A stretch of 64,000 bases of DNA from Candidatus Bathyarchaeum sp. (lineage in GTDB: Archaea > Thermoproteota > Bathyarchaeia > Bathyarchaeales > Bathyarchaeaceae), in contig JAOZIB010000043.1 in the NCBI GenBank assembly GCA_026014565.1, forward strand, positions 5,854-69,853. Reading direction: 5' to 3'. Under the pieces are notes generated by a model that was not told the origin of the DNA, ran no database searches, and worked only from the letters and a program-made list of their open reading frames with translations. Shown one piece after another: positions 9,270-18,487 of this stretch (the first letter of the stretch is position 1; the number at the start of each line of letters is the position of its first letter). Both the position numbers and the translations under genes were made by a program.

Positions 9270-10364
9270 TTGCTCGTGAAAAAAACATTAGTTATCGGTT
9301 CTACAACCCACGAGCAAGCAGAAACCATCCAATGGACCCAACGCTTTGGGGATAATTTCGAAAAATATGAGCGCCTGATTATTGATTTGACTTCTTTTCC
9401 GAAAGATTACCCCCGAACTCTTTTTACAAACATTGGCATACTAAAACGAACTTCTAAGGTTTTCATGCGTGATAACAAAGAAATTTTTTGTATCATGGAC
9501 AAGCCTTTCAAAATTTTGTTTAAAGAAATTCCGTTAAATTTTGCTTGGATGCCTTTTCCCCAAAATCTAACGGTTAATCCAATGCTTTTAGGAAGAACAA
9601 TAAAAGTAGTAAATGAAACCTTTGCTGATTACTTCAAAAACGTTCTGCAATGGGATAACGAACTCTACTGGCAAGAAACCGACAACATCAGCTTTGAAAC
9701 CATCGCCACAAACAAAGACAACAATCCAATAGCAGTAACAATAACTATGCTAGGGCGAGGAAAAATCCATTTTCTTCCCAAAACAACCAAATCAAGCCGT
9801 TCAGACGCAATAAAATTACTGATTGACATTTCAACAAAAAACCAAACAAATGAAGCTCAAGAACAAAAACACACACAAACACAAGTTTATGAGTTCCCCA
9901 ACACTAGTGATGAATCAGATAAAGACCACCACAATCTATTTTCTGCAGATTTGGGAAAAATCATGGGTGCAGTTTTTCAGATTCTGGAAGATTGGGGAGT
10001 AGCAGCCACGACCATTTATGATATACCCAATCCAATGGGGGTTCAGGTTCATGTGGTTTCGTTGAAAGGAAAAGCTGAAGCAAAAGACCCCAACATTAGC
10101 AGGATAATTAATCTAATCGAGAATCAAAAATATAAAACAAAGAATTTGGTTGTAGCAAACACATACGAAGAACACTGTCCAGAAAACAAAAAGAATATGG
10201 CACAAATTGATGTAGTTACAAAGCTTTTCTTTGAAACCAATAACACCTTGTTTATGAGCACTCAGAGCGTGTGCAATCTTTGGAAAAAGGTCACAAAAAA
10301 AGAAATCAGCACTCAAGAAGCAGCTTCGTTAGTTTTGAATCAAATTGGAGAAGTGCAAATTTAA
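9270..10364 (+). CDS. hypothetical two-domain protein (orphan)
   Basis: 364-aa ORF with TTG/GTG start. TATA-like TTTATAAAA about 45 nt upstream. A low-complexity Q/T/E/D linker separates the N- and C-terminal halves. No TM segment. Confidence 0.55.
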   Translation: MLVKKTLVIGSTTHEQAETIQWTQRFGDNFEKYERLIIDLTSFPKDYPRTLFTNIGILKRTSKVFMRDNKEIFCIMDKPFKILFKEIPLNFAWMPFPQNLTVNPMLLGRTIKVVNETFADYFKNVLQWDNELYWQETDNISFETIATNKDNNPIAVTITMLGRGKIHFLPKTTKSSRSDAIKLLIDISTKNQTNEAQEQKHTQTQVYEFPNTSDESDKDHHNLFSADLGKIMGAVFQILEDWGVAATTIYDIPNPMGVQVHVVSLKGKAEAKDPNISRIINLIENQKYKTKNLVVANTYEEHCPENKKNMAQIDVVTKLFFETNNTLFMSTQSVCNLWKKVTKKEISTQEAASLVLNQIGEVQI

Positions 10365-10379
10365 TCCATAAAAAGATTT

Positions 10380-10430
10380 AGTCAAACTATTTTGACTTAA
10401 AAAACTCAGGTTTAGTCAATATTTCTTGAC
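10380..10430. promoter_or_regulatory. two related palindromes (TTTAGTCAA-N-TTGAC) between the orphan gene and the propeller gene
   Basis: AGTCAAA-CTAT-TTTGACT (10380-10397, 7-bp arms) and GTCAA-TATTTC-TTGAC (within 10411-10430). Both are preceded by TTTA. Confidence 0.3.
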
Positions 10431-10475
10431 AAAAAATGGTTTATGCAACATTTTTGATAATGAACATCCGAAGAA

Positions 10476-11780
10476 ATGAAGATGCAGCACAGACTTTGGG
10501 CGGTTTCATGTTTACTATTTTTTGTTTCTAGTTTTTCGTTAATTAATTTGGTTAATGCTTCTTCATTAATGTGGAACCAGACATACGGGGGAGAAGCTGC
10601 AGATTTTGTTCGGTCATTAATTCAAACTTCTGATGGGGGATACGCTATGGCAGGATGGACTGAATCTTATGGAGCAGGAGGAACAGACTATTGGTTAGTA
10701 AAAACGGATTCACAAGGAAACACCCAATGGAGCCAAACATATGGAGGTACGGGCAGTGAGAATGCACACGCTGTAGTTCAGACAACTGATGAAGGATATG
10801 CTCTAGTGGGTTACAGGCAACTGAGAAGTGGTATGGAGCGCACTTGTTGGTTAGTAAAAACTGATTCGGAAGGAAACATGAAATGGAACCAAACTTTTTC
10901 GGGATCGGAAAATTATGTGGCATCCTCTCTGGTGGAGACTTCTGACGGAGGATTGATAATAGCTGGAACAAGCTTCTCGTCTGACGTTGGAAATTACGAT
11001 TTGTGGATAATAAAAACTGATGCTACAGGAGAACAACAGTGGAACAAAACATTTGGAGGTAATGGATTTGAAGAAGCATCATCAGTGATTGAAACTTCAG
11101 ATGGAAATTTTGTAATAGCAGGGTATACTACTTCCTTTGGTTCAGGAAATTATGATGGCTGGTTAATAAAAACAGACTCTGATGGGAACATGCAATGGAA
11201 CCAAACTTATGGCGGGGCAAACTGGGATGAACTATGCTCTGTTGTTCAAACAATTGACGGAGGATATGCCATGTGTGGAATGACTGCATCGTATAATGGC
11301 ACATCTAACGATTTTTGGTTGGTTAAAACAGATGCAGATGGAAACATGGTGTGGAATCAAACATACGACACGGGATATTATGAAAAAGCTCACGCCATAG
11401 TTGAAACATCTGATGGGGGATTAGGGATAGCAGGTTACATTTCTTATTCGACATTTAAAAACGATTTTTGGCTAATCAAAACTGACAGCACTGGAAACAT
11501 ACACTGGAATCAAACCTACGGCACAAAAGAAGATTGGGACATAGCCTATTCTTTAATTCAAACAGCTGATGGAGGATACGCTCTTGTTGGCGAAACATTA
11601 TCCACTGATGATAAAGTAGACTGGTGGTTAATCAAAACCGATGGGCAAGGAATTATTCCAGAATTTCCAAAATGGACCATACTGCCCTTAGTTGTTGGAG
11701 CTACAATGATTTTTTCAATTATCAAAAAACAATTAAAAAATAAATTCCCTAACAGGGCAAAACTAGATGTAGATATTTAA
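10476..11780 (+). CDS. secreted 7-repeat (beta-propeller-like) protein with PEF-CTERM-type sorting signal
   Basis: Signal peptide, then seven ~51-52 aa repeats (WNQTYGG..TSDGGY..G.T.S.G..D.WLIKTD..GN). C-terminal PEFP + TM helix + basic tail. Confidence 0.8.
   Translation: MKMQHRLWAVSCLLFFVSSFSLINLVNASSLMWNQTYGGEAADFVRSLIQTSDGGYAMAGWTESYGAGGTDYWLVKTDSQGNTQWSQTYGGTGSENAHAVVQTTDEGYALVGYRQLRSGMERTCWLVKTDSEGNMKWNQTFSGSENYVASSLVETSDGGLIIAGTSFSSDVGNYDLWIIKTDATGEQQWNKTFGGNGFEEASSVIETSDGNFVIAGYTTSFGSGNYDGWLIKTDSDGNMQWNQTYGGANWDELCSVVQTIDGGYAMCGMTASYNGTSNDFWLVKTDADGNMVWNQTYDTGYYEKAHAIVETSDGGLGIAGYISYSTFKNDFWLIKTDSTGNIHWNQTYGTKEDWDIAYSLIQTADGGYALVGETLSTDDKVDWWLIKTDGQGIIPEFPKWTILPLVVGATMIFSIIKKQLKNKFPNRAKLDVDI
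10566..11661 (+). repeat. seven diverged tandem coding repeats (~153-156 nt each) inside the propeller gene
   Basis: Protein-level periodicity read directly from the translation; the repeats are diverged at the DNA level. Confidence 0.75.
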
Positions 11781-11792
11781 GTTGTTTTCGAT

Positions 11793-11918
11793 TTAGCTGG
11801 CTATGAAATTTCTACAGATATTATTTTCAGTAGTTGTTTGTTTGATAATAGGACAGTACAATTTGCCTTTACGCTTTTTGAGGTGTCCACAGGTTTTGCA
11901 GTTTCTTTCAGCACTCAT
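11793..11918 (-). CDS. small Cys-rich (zinc-ribbon-like) protein, 41 aa
   Basis: MSAERNCKTCGHLKKRKGKLYCPIIKQTTTENNICRNFIAS. AGGAG lies 9 nt upstream of the ATG. Below the 60-aa cutoff of the ORF track. Confidence 0.35.
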   Translation of the reverse strand: MSAERNCKTCGHLKKRKGKLYCPIIKQTTTENNICRNFIAS

Positions 11919-12000
11919 TTTTAATGCTCCTTAAATTACTTCTAATACGGGGTATCGGTAACTTATTAGTCTATAAACTCTAAAAAATCGAAATGAATTC

Positions 12001-14094
12001 TTATTTGCCGCCAGTTAATATCTCCAGAACTTGTTTCTCATGCAGGGGACGATTGAATTCCACGTCTTCAACATAAGCTCGCAGGGGTTCTGCTACGCTC
12101 CATGCCTGAGAAACACATCCCCTAGGATAGTGAGGTGCGTCGCCGTCAAAGATTTCGCTGACTGTTCCTAATCCGGCTTGATAAAGGTGCTCATGAAAAA
12201 GGGACTCTAAGAAGTTTTTTTGGGCAAAACGTCGCCAAGGAGCCTCATATCCACGAGTTTTGGTGAACGCTGTAATGAATGGACCTAAAAGCCAAGCCCA
12301 CACTGTTCCATTGTGATAAGCATTGTCACGATGTGACCAGCCCCCCATGTAGGTTCCATGGTAATTTGGGTTTGTTTCTGGAAGTGTTTTTAGGCCATAT
12401 TTGCCCCACAATCGTTTCCATGCAACATCAACAACTCGTAACTGTTTTTCAGGTTCAAGAACTGGAAAATCTAAAGATACAGCAATCAACTGATTAGGAC
12501 GTAACGTTGAATCTGAAGCTTCATCGTTTATTACATCAAAAAGGTATCCTCCAGTTTGGTTCCAAAACTTTTCTGCAAAACTAAGTCTGGATTTTCGAGC
12601 CATCTGAGAATAAGTTCGCCGTTTCTCATCTAGTTCAAATCGAGTGGCCAAAAGCTGCATAGTTTTCAGGGCATTGTACCATAAGGCTTGGATTTCTACT
12701 GCTTTTCCATTTCTTGGAGTAATAAAACCATCAAAGGTAGCAACATCCATCCAAGTAAGCTGAGGACCATGGGCAAGCAAACCATCCTCATCCATGTGTA
12801 TGCCATAAATTGTTCCGTCTACATGGTTTTCGACAATTTTGATCAAGGTTTGCCACAAGTTTTTTTGAACAAACTCAAAATCTCCAGTGTATTTGAGGTA
12901 CTGCAAAACTGCATTAAAAAACCACAAACTAGCATCCACAGTGTTATACAAGGGGATGTTCCCTGCCTTATCCGAAAAACGGTTAGGAACAACTCCATTT
13001 TTACAGTAATGTGCAAAGGTTAACAAAATTTCTTTAGCGTCATCAAAGCGTCCAGTAACCAAAGTTAAACCGGGCAAAGAAATTAACGCATCTCTTCCCC
13101 AGTCATCAAACCATGGATAACCAGCGATTACGGATTTTGTGCCATTTGAAGCTCGTTTTACAACAAAACTGTCAGCAGCTTGAACAAGCCATTTCAAATA
13201 ATCTTTAAAATCTATGCTAGAATTTTGTTTCTCAAATTTTTCCAGCAAACTTTCATGTCGAGCTAACTGTTCTTGATACAATAACTCAATGTCAGAGGTC
13301 CGTTTTCCAAAATACGAAAACAGGCTCTGGGCATCAGCATCTGTTTTTGCAGCGACCGCAAGAACATGAAAGTGCTTTGTTTCCTTAGGTGCCACATTGA
13401 AACGGAAATACCCTGGTCGATAGTTGTCTTCTAAACTGTTGTCATCTCGGGAAGAGTCAACCCTGTAAAACAGGTTTTCTACCCACCAAGGTTCTTGCAC
13501 AAAAGAGCCATCAGCACAAGACAAAACAAGAGAAGAAATAGACGAATCAGGTTGAATTGTAACAGTGTCTTCTTGGCTTTGAACTAAATTCCAGTTTATC
13601 TTATTTTTGTCTGTAATATTATAGATGTGACGAGAATTAACAAAAGCAGAAACAAAAACAGACACGTTTTCGTTTGTTGAGTTGTGAACGTTGTAGATTG
13701 CTACAGTTGCGTTTTTTTGGTAAGGCATAAAAACTGTTTTTTCTAAAGTTACTCCATGAACAGAATACGTAAACGTAGGAAAAGGTGAAACAGAAAAAGT
13801 TGAAAGAAACACGTGACCTTTGGGATGAAAGGTGTCTTGGAATTCGTTGGCGGCTAGGTCATAGTTTTTATTTCCAATTTGAAGAGTTTCATCAAGTTTT
13901 GTCAAAGTAATCCAACGATTTATGGGAGGATTAAAAGCAGCTACAAGCAAACCATGATACTTACGGGTGTTAACCCCCAAAACTGTTGAAGAAGCGTAGC
14001 CCCCTAGCCCATTGGTTACAAGCCATTCTCTAGTTAACGCATCATCAACGTTAGACAGAATGTTACGTCCCAGACTGATTTTGGGCAACACCAA
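12001..14094 (-). CDS. glycogen debranching enzyme (amylo-alpha-1,6-glucosidase family)
   Basis: 697 aa. GYPWFDDWGRDALISLPGL and a C-terminal (alpha/alpha)6-type region, with the N-terminal domain typical of archaeal GDE. Confidence 0.85.
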   Translation of the reverse strand: MVLPKISLGRNILSNVDDALTREWLVTNGLGGYASSTVLGVNTRKYHGLLVAAFNPPINRWITLTKLDETLQIGNKNYDLAANEFQDTFHPKGHVFLSTFSVSPFPTFTYSVHGVTLEKTVFMPYQKNATVAIYNVHNSTNENVSVFVSAFVNSRHIYNITDKNKINWNLVQSQEDTVTIQPDSSISSLVLSCADGSFVQEPWWVENLFYRVDSSRDDNSLEDNYRPGYFRFNVAPKETKHFHVLAVAAKTDADAQSLFSYFGKRTSDIELLYQEQLARHESLLEKFEKQNSSIDFKDYLKWLVQAADSFVVKRASNGTKSVIAGYPWFDDWGRDALISLPGLTLVTGRFDDAKEILLTFAHYCKNGVVPNRFSDKAGNIPLYNTVDASLWFFNAVLQYLKYTGDFEFVQKNLWQTLIKIVENHVDGTIYGIHMDEDGLLAHGPQLTWMDVATFDGFITPRNGKAVEIQALWYNALKTMQLLATRFELDEKRRTYSQMARKSRLSFAEKFWNQTGGYLFDVINDEASDSTLRPNQLIAVSLDFPVLEPEKQLRVVDVAWKRLWGKYGLKTLPETNPNYHGTYMGGWSHRDNAYHNGTVWAWLLGPFITAFTKTRGYEAPWRRFAQKNFLESLFHEHLYQAGLGTVSEIFDGDAPHYPRGCVSQAWSVAEPLRAYVEDVEFNRPLHEKQVLEILTGGK

Positions 14095-14115
14095 GTTAAG
14101 TACCCCATTAGTAGG

Positions 14116-14997
14116 TTAATTGAGCAACTTGGCTATGTTTTTTCCTGTCTGTACTCCAAAATGTTTCGCCACAGTGCTACATTTGCTACGCAACAACAAA
14201 GCATGAGCAACAGGTAACTCAACCCCAGTAAGAGTTTCAGCATGACCCATACCCTTGGCAACAACAAAATCCACAGAACGATAAAGATCTAAAAACTCTT
14301 TTGAACACTCAGAAGTAAACAAACCAACCGAGTCTGCACCCGTAGTCATTACTCTATCGGCTATTTTGTCCATTCCAACGGCTTTAGCATCCTCCAGCAA
14401 GGCATCATTAAGCACAGGTCCAGCCTTAACTGCCACAATAACTTTTGCACCAAGATTTTTCAGCTCTTTTACTAGCAATGTATCTAAAGCGATTTCACCA
14501 GCGTTATCAGTCAAGTACAAAATTTGTTTAGAGTTCTTTGCTTTTTGATAAATCTGTGAAATGTCATCTATTGCTAGGTCGTCTTCGGCTTGTTGAATCA
14601 AACATTTTAGGTCAGAAAACTTGAAAGGATTATCCGGCAAATCAAACTCCATAATGTTCCCCACAATTGCAGAAAGACAAGCCTTACGAAAACGCAACTC
14701 AGGAGAAGCTTCCGCGGAAACAATATCCTGAGCAACAGACAATGCCTCCAAAGCTTTTTGGTTACTAAGTTTCTTTTTTTGTTCGTAAACATCATACGCA
14801 TTGGTCATTTTACGAATCAAACGGTCACGTTTTGTTCCCAAATCCGCAGGATTAGCCATTGGACTAAATTCTTCATTTAAGAAACGCAAAACTTCAGACA
14901 AAACCTTAAACTGCAAATCCTTATCATCCGTAGATTCTTGAATCTGCAAATACCCACGATTCAAAATACAAGAAATACACCGAAGCTGAACGTTCAA
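14116..14997 (-). CDS. DUF89 / ARMT1-like damage-control phosphatase
   Basis: CISCILNRG, LTDNAGEIALD and VAKGMGHAETL motifs. Confidence 0.8.
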   Translation of the reverse strand: MNVQLRCISCILNRGYLQIQESTDDKDLQFKVLSEVLRFLNEEFSPMANPADLGTKRDRLIRKMTNAYDVYEQKKKLSNQKALEALSVAQDIVSAEASPELRFRKACLSAIVGNIMEFDLPDNPFKFSDLKCLIQQAEDDLAIDDISQIYQKAKNSKQILYLTDNAGEIALDTLLVKELKNLGAKVIVAVKAGPVLNDALLEDAKAVGMDKIADRVMTTGADSVGLFTSECSKEFLDLYRSVDFVVAKGMGHAETLTGVELPVAHALLLRSKCSTVAKHFGVQTGKNIAKLLN

Positions 14998-15098
14998 TAT
15001 CCAAATCTCCTTAACATAAACAGGTTATGTTAACAACTCACTAGAACATAAATTCGTTATTATTGCAAAAAATGAAAAGTAAGAATCCAAAAAGACTC

Positions 15099-15833
<735 letters not shown>

Positions 15834-15910
15834 TTAGCCTAAACCTGAAGAGAAAAATCTTTTCTAACCCAAAAGGCTACTGTTACGTTTAGGTTTTCGG
15901 CGGAATTATA

Positions 15911-17308
15911 ATGAGGCGACTAACTGGAGGAAAAAGAAACGGCAAAATCATCAGACCACCAAAAAAGCCAAAACAATCCTCCAGTGACAACAAGTGGATT
16001 CGCCAACTTTTGAATAACAACAACATCGCCATAGACCTTAACTACAACGAAAAACAGCTCATAACCAAAGCCAGCAAATCCAATCTGTGTGCAGTCTGCA
16101 AAGGAGGAAAGTTTTTGTGTGGAAAAACTAGATGCCCCTTGGTTGTTAGGTTCAGCTCTTATTTTAGCTCTGCACCTCTTTTACAAAGCACAGACTTAGA
16201 TGGAGCATGTCCCCCAGGAGTTTTTGTGGGCAGAATTGGATATCCTTACGTTTATGCAGGTCCGTTGGTTCCCCCCATTCATGAAGACACAAGTAGCTAC
16301 GACCAACCCGAAGCATGGTTTGGAAAAAGCATTGATGAAATTGTAGGTTTTCGCTCCTTACTGGTAAGGGGAAAACACCGAGTGCATGTGAAAAAGTTTG
16401 AAGAATCAGGAAAAATCATGGATCAAACCATAGATTTGGCTTTGTCTGTTAAACCTGTCGACGTAGAACTTAATCTGAAAAAGAAACCCGCCAGTGCATT
16501 AGTGATCGATGACCAAGTTCAGCCCTTTGGGCCCTCCGCTCCAATGAAAAAGATGCAAATATCAAACCCAAAATGGGATCAACAAATACAGAAAGCATAC
16601 TTTGATGATGATTTGCATGCCTCCGATGCAGTAACAACTCTATTTCAGAAAGGAACAATGGTTACAAAAATTCAGCGAGCCTTCAGCGTCGGAGCTTTCG
16701 GAATGAAAAAACAGCGGCGATTGGTTCCGACTCGTTGGAGCATAACAGCTGTAGATAGCATAATTTCAAAACAGATGATGGAAAAAATCAAAACTTTTCC
16801 AGAAATTAACGAGTGCCGGGTTTACGAGTCGTGTTATTTGGATAATGTTTTTGAGATTTTGATGATTCCGCGAGAATGGAGTTACGAAGCTATGGAAGCA
16901 TGGTATCCAGGTACCGCATGGAATCAAACGGGAGATAATGTTCTATTGTTTTCGGACTGGGAAGGCTACGACGGACGAACAACTTATGCCAGTATCGGGG
17001 GTTGCTATTATGCAGCACGTTTAGCGGTAGGGGAACTGCTCCTTAAAGAACGACGACAAGCCGCCGTAATTGTTTTACGGGAAGCTCATCCAGGCTACAT
17101 TATGCCTGTGGGGGTTTGGCAGGTGCGAGAAAACGTTAGAAACGCAGTTCAACAACCCGCTCTAAAATTTAACACATTAAAAGAGGCGTTAGAACAAATT
17201 AGCAGCAAGTTTGAGATTCCCTTAAAGAACTGGATAGAAAAAAGCACCTTGCTACAAAGGGCTTTGTTCCAAAAAAGAATCACAGATTACTTCAAAATAA
17301 AAAATTAG
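15911..17308 (+). CDS. nreA: archaeal Nre-family DNA repair protein
   Basis: CAVCKGGKFLCGKTRCPL zinc motif, PTRWSITAVD, and the length and architecture of the Nre (DUF650/DUF651) family. Confidence 0.75.
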   Translation: MRRLTGGKRNGKIIRPPKKPKQSSSDNKWIRQLLNNNNIAIDLNYNEKQLITKASKSNLCAVCKGGKFLCGKTRCPLVVRFSSYFSSAPLLQSTDLDGACPPGVFVGRIGYPYVYAGPLVPPIHEDTSSYDQPEAWFGKSIDEIVGFRSLLVRGKHRVHVKKFEESGKIMDQTIDLALSVKPVDVELNLKKKPASALVIDDQVQPFGPSAPMKKMQISNPKWDQQIQKAYFDDDLHASDAVTTLFQKGTMVTKIQRAFSVGAFGMKKQRRLVPTRWSITAVDSIISKQMMEKIKTFPEINECRVYESCYLDNVFEILMIPREWSYEAMEAWYPGTAWNQTGDNVLLFSDWEGYDGRTTYASIGGCYYAARLAVGELLLKERRQAAVIVLREAHPGYIMPVGVWQVRENVRNAVQQPALKFNTLKEALEQISSKFEIPLKNWIEKSTLLQRALFQKRITDYFKIKN

Positions 17309-17610
17309 AGGCGTTGCCGTTCACGGTTGTTAACCAATTGTATGAATTCGTTGATTTCCATTGCAGGTAGGCTTATGATTTCTATGGTTCCTCGGGCGCC
17401 TAATTCTATGGATATTCGGGTTATTACTTCGTTGTTTGGAGCTTCTACAATGTTAAGAAAATCATATGGCCCAAGCAAAGAATACTGTTGAAGAACCTTA
17501 GCACCCCAAGATTTGATCTCTATGTTAACTTCTTTTATTCGTTTAGGCTTTTCACGGATGGTTTTTCTTCCTTCAGAAGTAAGCTTTGATAAAAGAATGT
17601 AAATCGGCAC
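17305..17610 (-). CDS. GYD domain protein
   Basis: 101 aa, LGPYDFLNIVEAPNNEV pattern of the GYD family. Overlaps the nreA stop by 4 nt (convergent). Confidence 0.8.
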   Translation of the reverse strand: MPIYILLSKLTSEGRKTIREKPKRIKEVNIEIKSWGAKVLQQYSLLGPYDFLNIVEAPNNEVITRISIELGARGTIEIISLPAMEINEFIQLVNNRERQRL

Positions 17611-17745
17611 AATTATTCACAAACTACATTTTTATCTGCTAACGATTTTAAGGATTGTCATACAATCGGCTAGATGATAAAAAGACTGAAAAAAACATCA
17701 TCTAAGAAGTTAAAAAACTGAAGACAATTTTATAAAAAAAATAAT

Positions 17746-17974
17746 GTAAAATCGGTAGCAAAAATTTCGTGAGCGACAGCAAAAGGGATTAACAAAACCG
17801 AAATCATTAGCAGATGCAACTTAGATGAGATGTCACCTGAAAGTTATTTGGCAACATTATCTGAGCTTAGTTTGCTTAACGTAGAAGACGATAACCAGAG
17901 TATTGTTATACGACAAAAAAAGAATGTGGTTTTATGACAGGTTTCCTAGACTCAGACGGCTATTGTTAGGGTAA
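17746..17974 (+). pseudogene. decayed paralog of the downstream wHTH (HTH_45-like) gene
   Basis: Translation VAKIS*ATAKGINKTEIISRCNLDEMSPESYLATLSELSLLNVEDDNQSIV parallels VAQILRVAALGSKESEIMVGCELD... of the 18153 gene. In-frame TGA at 17770-17772, no start codon. A +1 frame change at the A7 run (17915-17921) continues as KKRMWFYDRFPRLRRLLLG, matching TDKGLEFLRFYHGLRWLIWG. Confidence 0.45.
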
Positions 17975-18152
17975 AGACAAAGATTTGCTGGTGATGAGCT
18001 TCTTAAAAATAAAGCACAAAGAAGAATCTTAATTCAATGTGAGTTAAAAATAAACATCAATAACTAATTATCAAAGATTGAAATGATATTTTTCAAAAAA
18101 GAATAAGTTATTGGAAAACTAAAGATATAGAGTCTAGGCGGTGGACATTCAG

Positions 18153-18476
18153 ATGGCAGAACAAAAAAAAGATTTTGAAGTGGTAGCACAAATTTTGCGA
18201 GTTGCAGCTTTAGGTTCTAAAGAGTCTGAAATTATGGTTGGATGTGAACTTGACCGCAACATCCTAGAGAAGTACATGCCCGCAATGATGCTAATGAAAC
18301 TGATAACAGTAAACAAAGAAAACGAAAACATATACAAAACCACCGACAAAGGTCTTGAATTTTTACGCTTCTATCACGGATTACGATGGCTAATATGGGG
18401 CAAAGACATGGACTATGTTTTAGCAGAAACCATGAAAAAACTAGAAAGCAACAAAAAACCATACTACGTCAGATAA
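18153..18476 (+). CDS. small winged-helix DNA-binding protein (HTH_45-like)
   Basis: About 107 aa, with the pattern ..EIMVGCELD...LEKYMPAMMLMKLI....YKTTDKGLEFLRFY. SD-like GGCGGTG upstream of the ATG at 18153 (ORF open from GTG 18141). Confidence 0.7.
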   Translation: MAEQKKDFEVVAQILRVAALGSKESEIMVGCELDRNILEKYMPAMMLMKLITVNKENENIYKTTDKGLEFLRFYHGLRWLIWGKDMDYVLAETMKKLESNKKPYYVR

Positions 18477-18487
18477 ACACCATAAGT

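Noticed and set aside
17671-17704. 8-bp inverted repeat TAGATGAT...ATCATCTA with nearby ATGATAA/CTGA strings, considered as a C/D-box sRNA.
   Set aside because: Box spacing does not fit: the guide regions would be 5 and >25 nt. There is no terminal stem and the context is poly-A-rich low complexity. It may be a promoter-proximal hairpin for the GYD gene at most.
17911-17921. A_AAA_AAG heptamer (dnaX-type -1 slippery site) at the frame break of the wHTH paralog, considered as programmed frameshifting.
   Set aside because: The downstream frame is +1, not -1, relative to the upstream frame. There is an additional in-frame TGA and no start codon. Pseudogenisation or a homopolymer indel is the simpler explanation.
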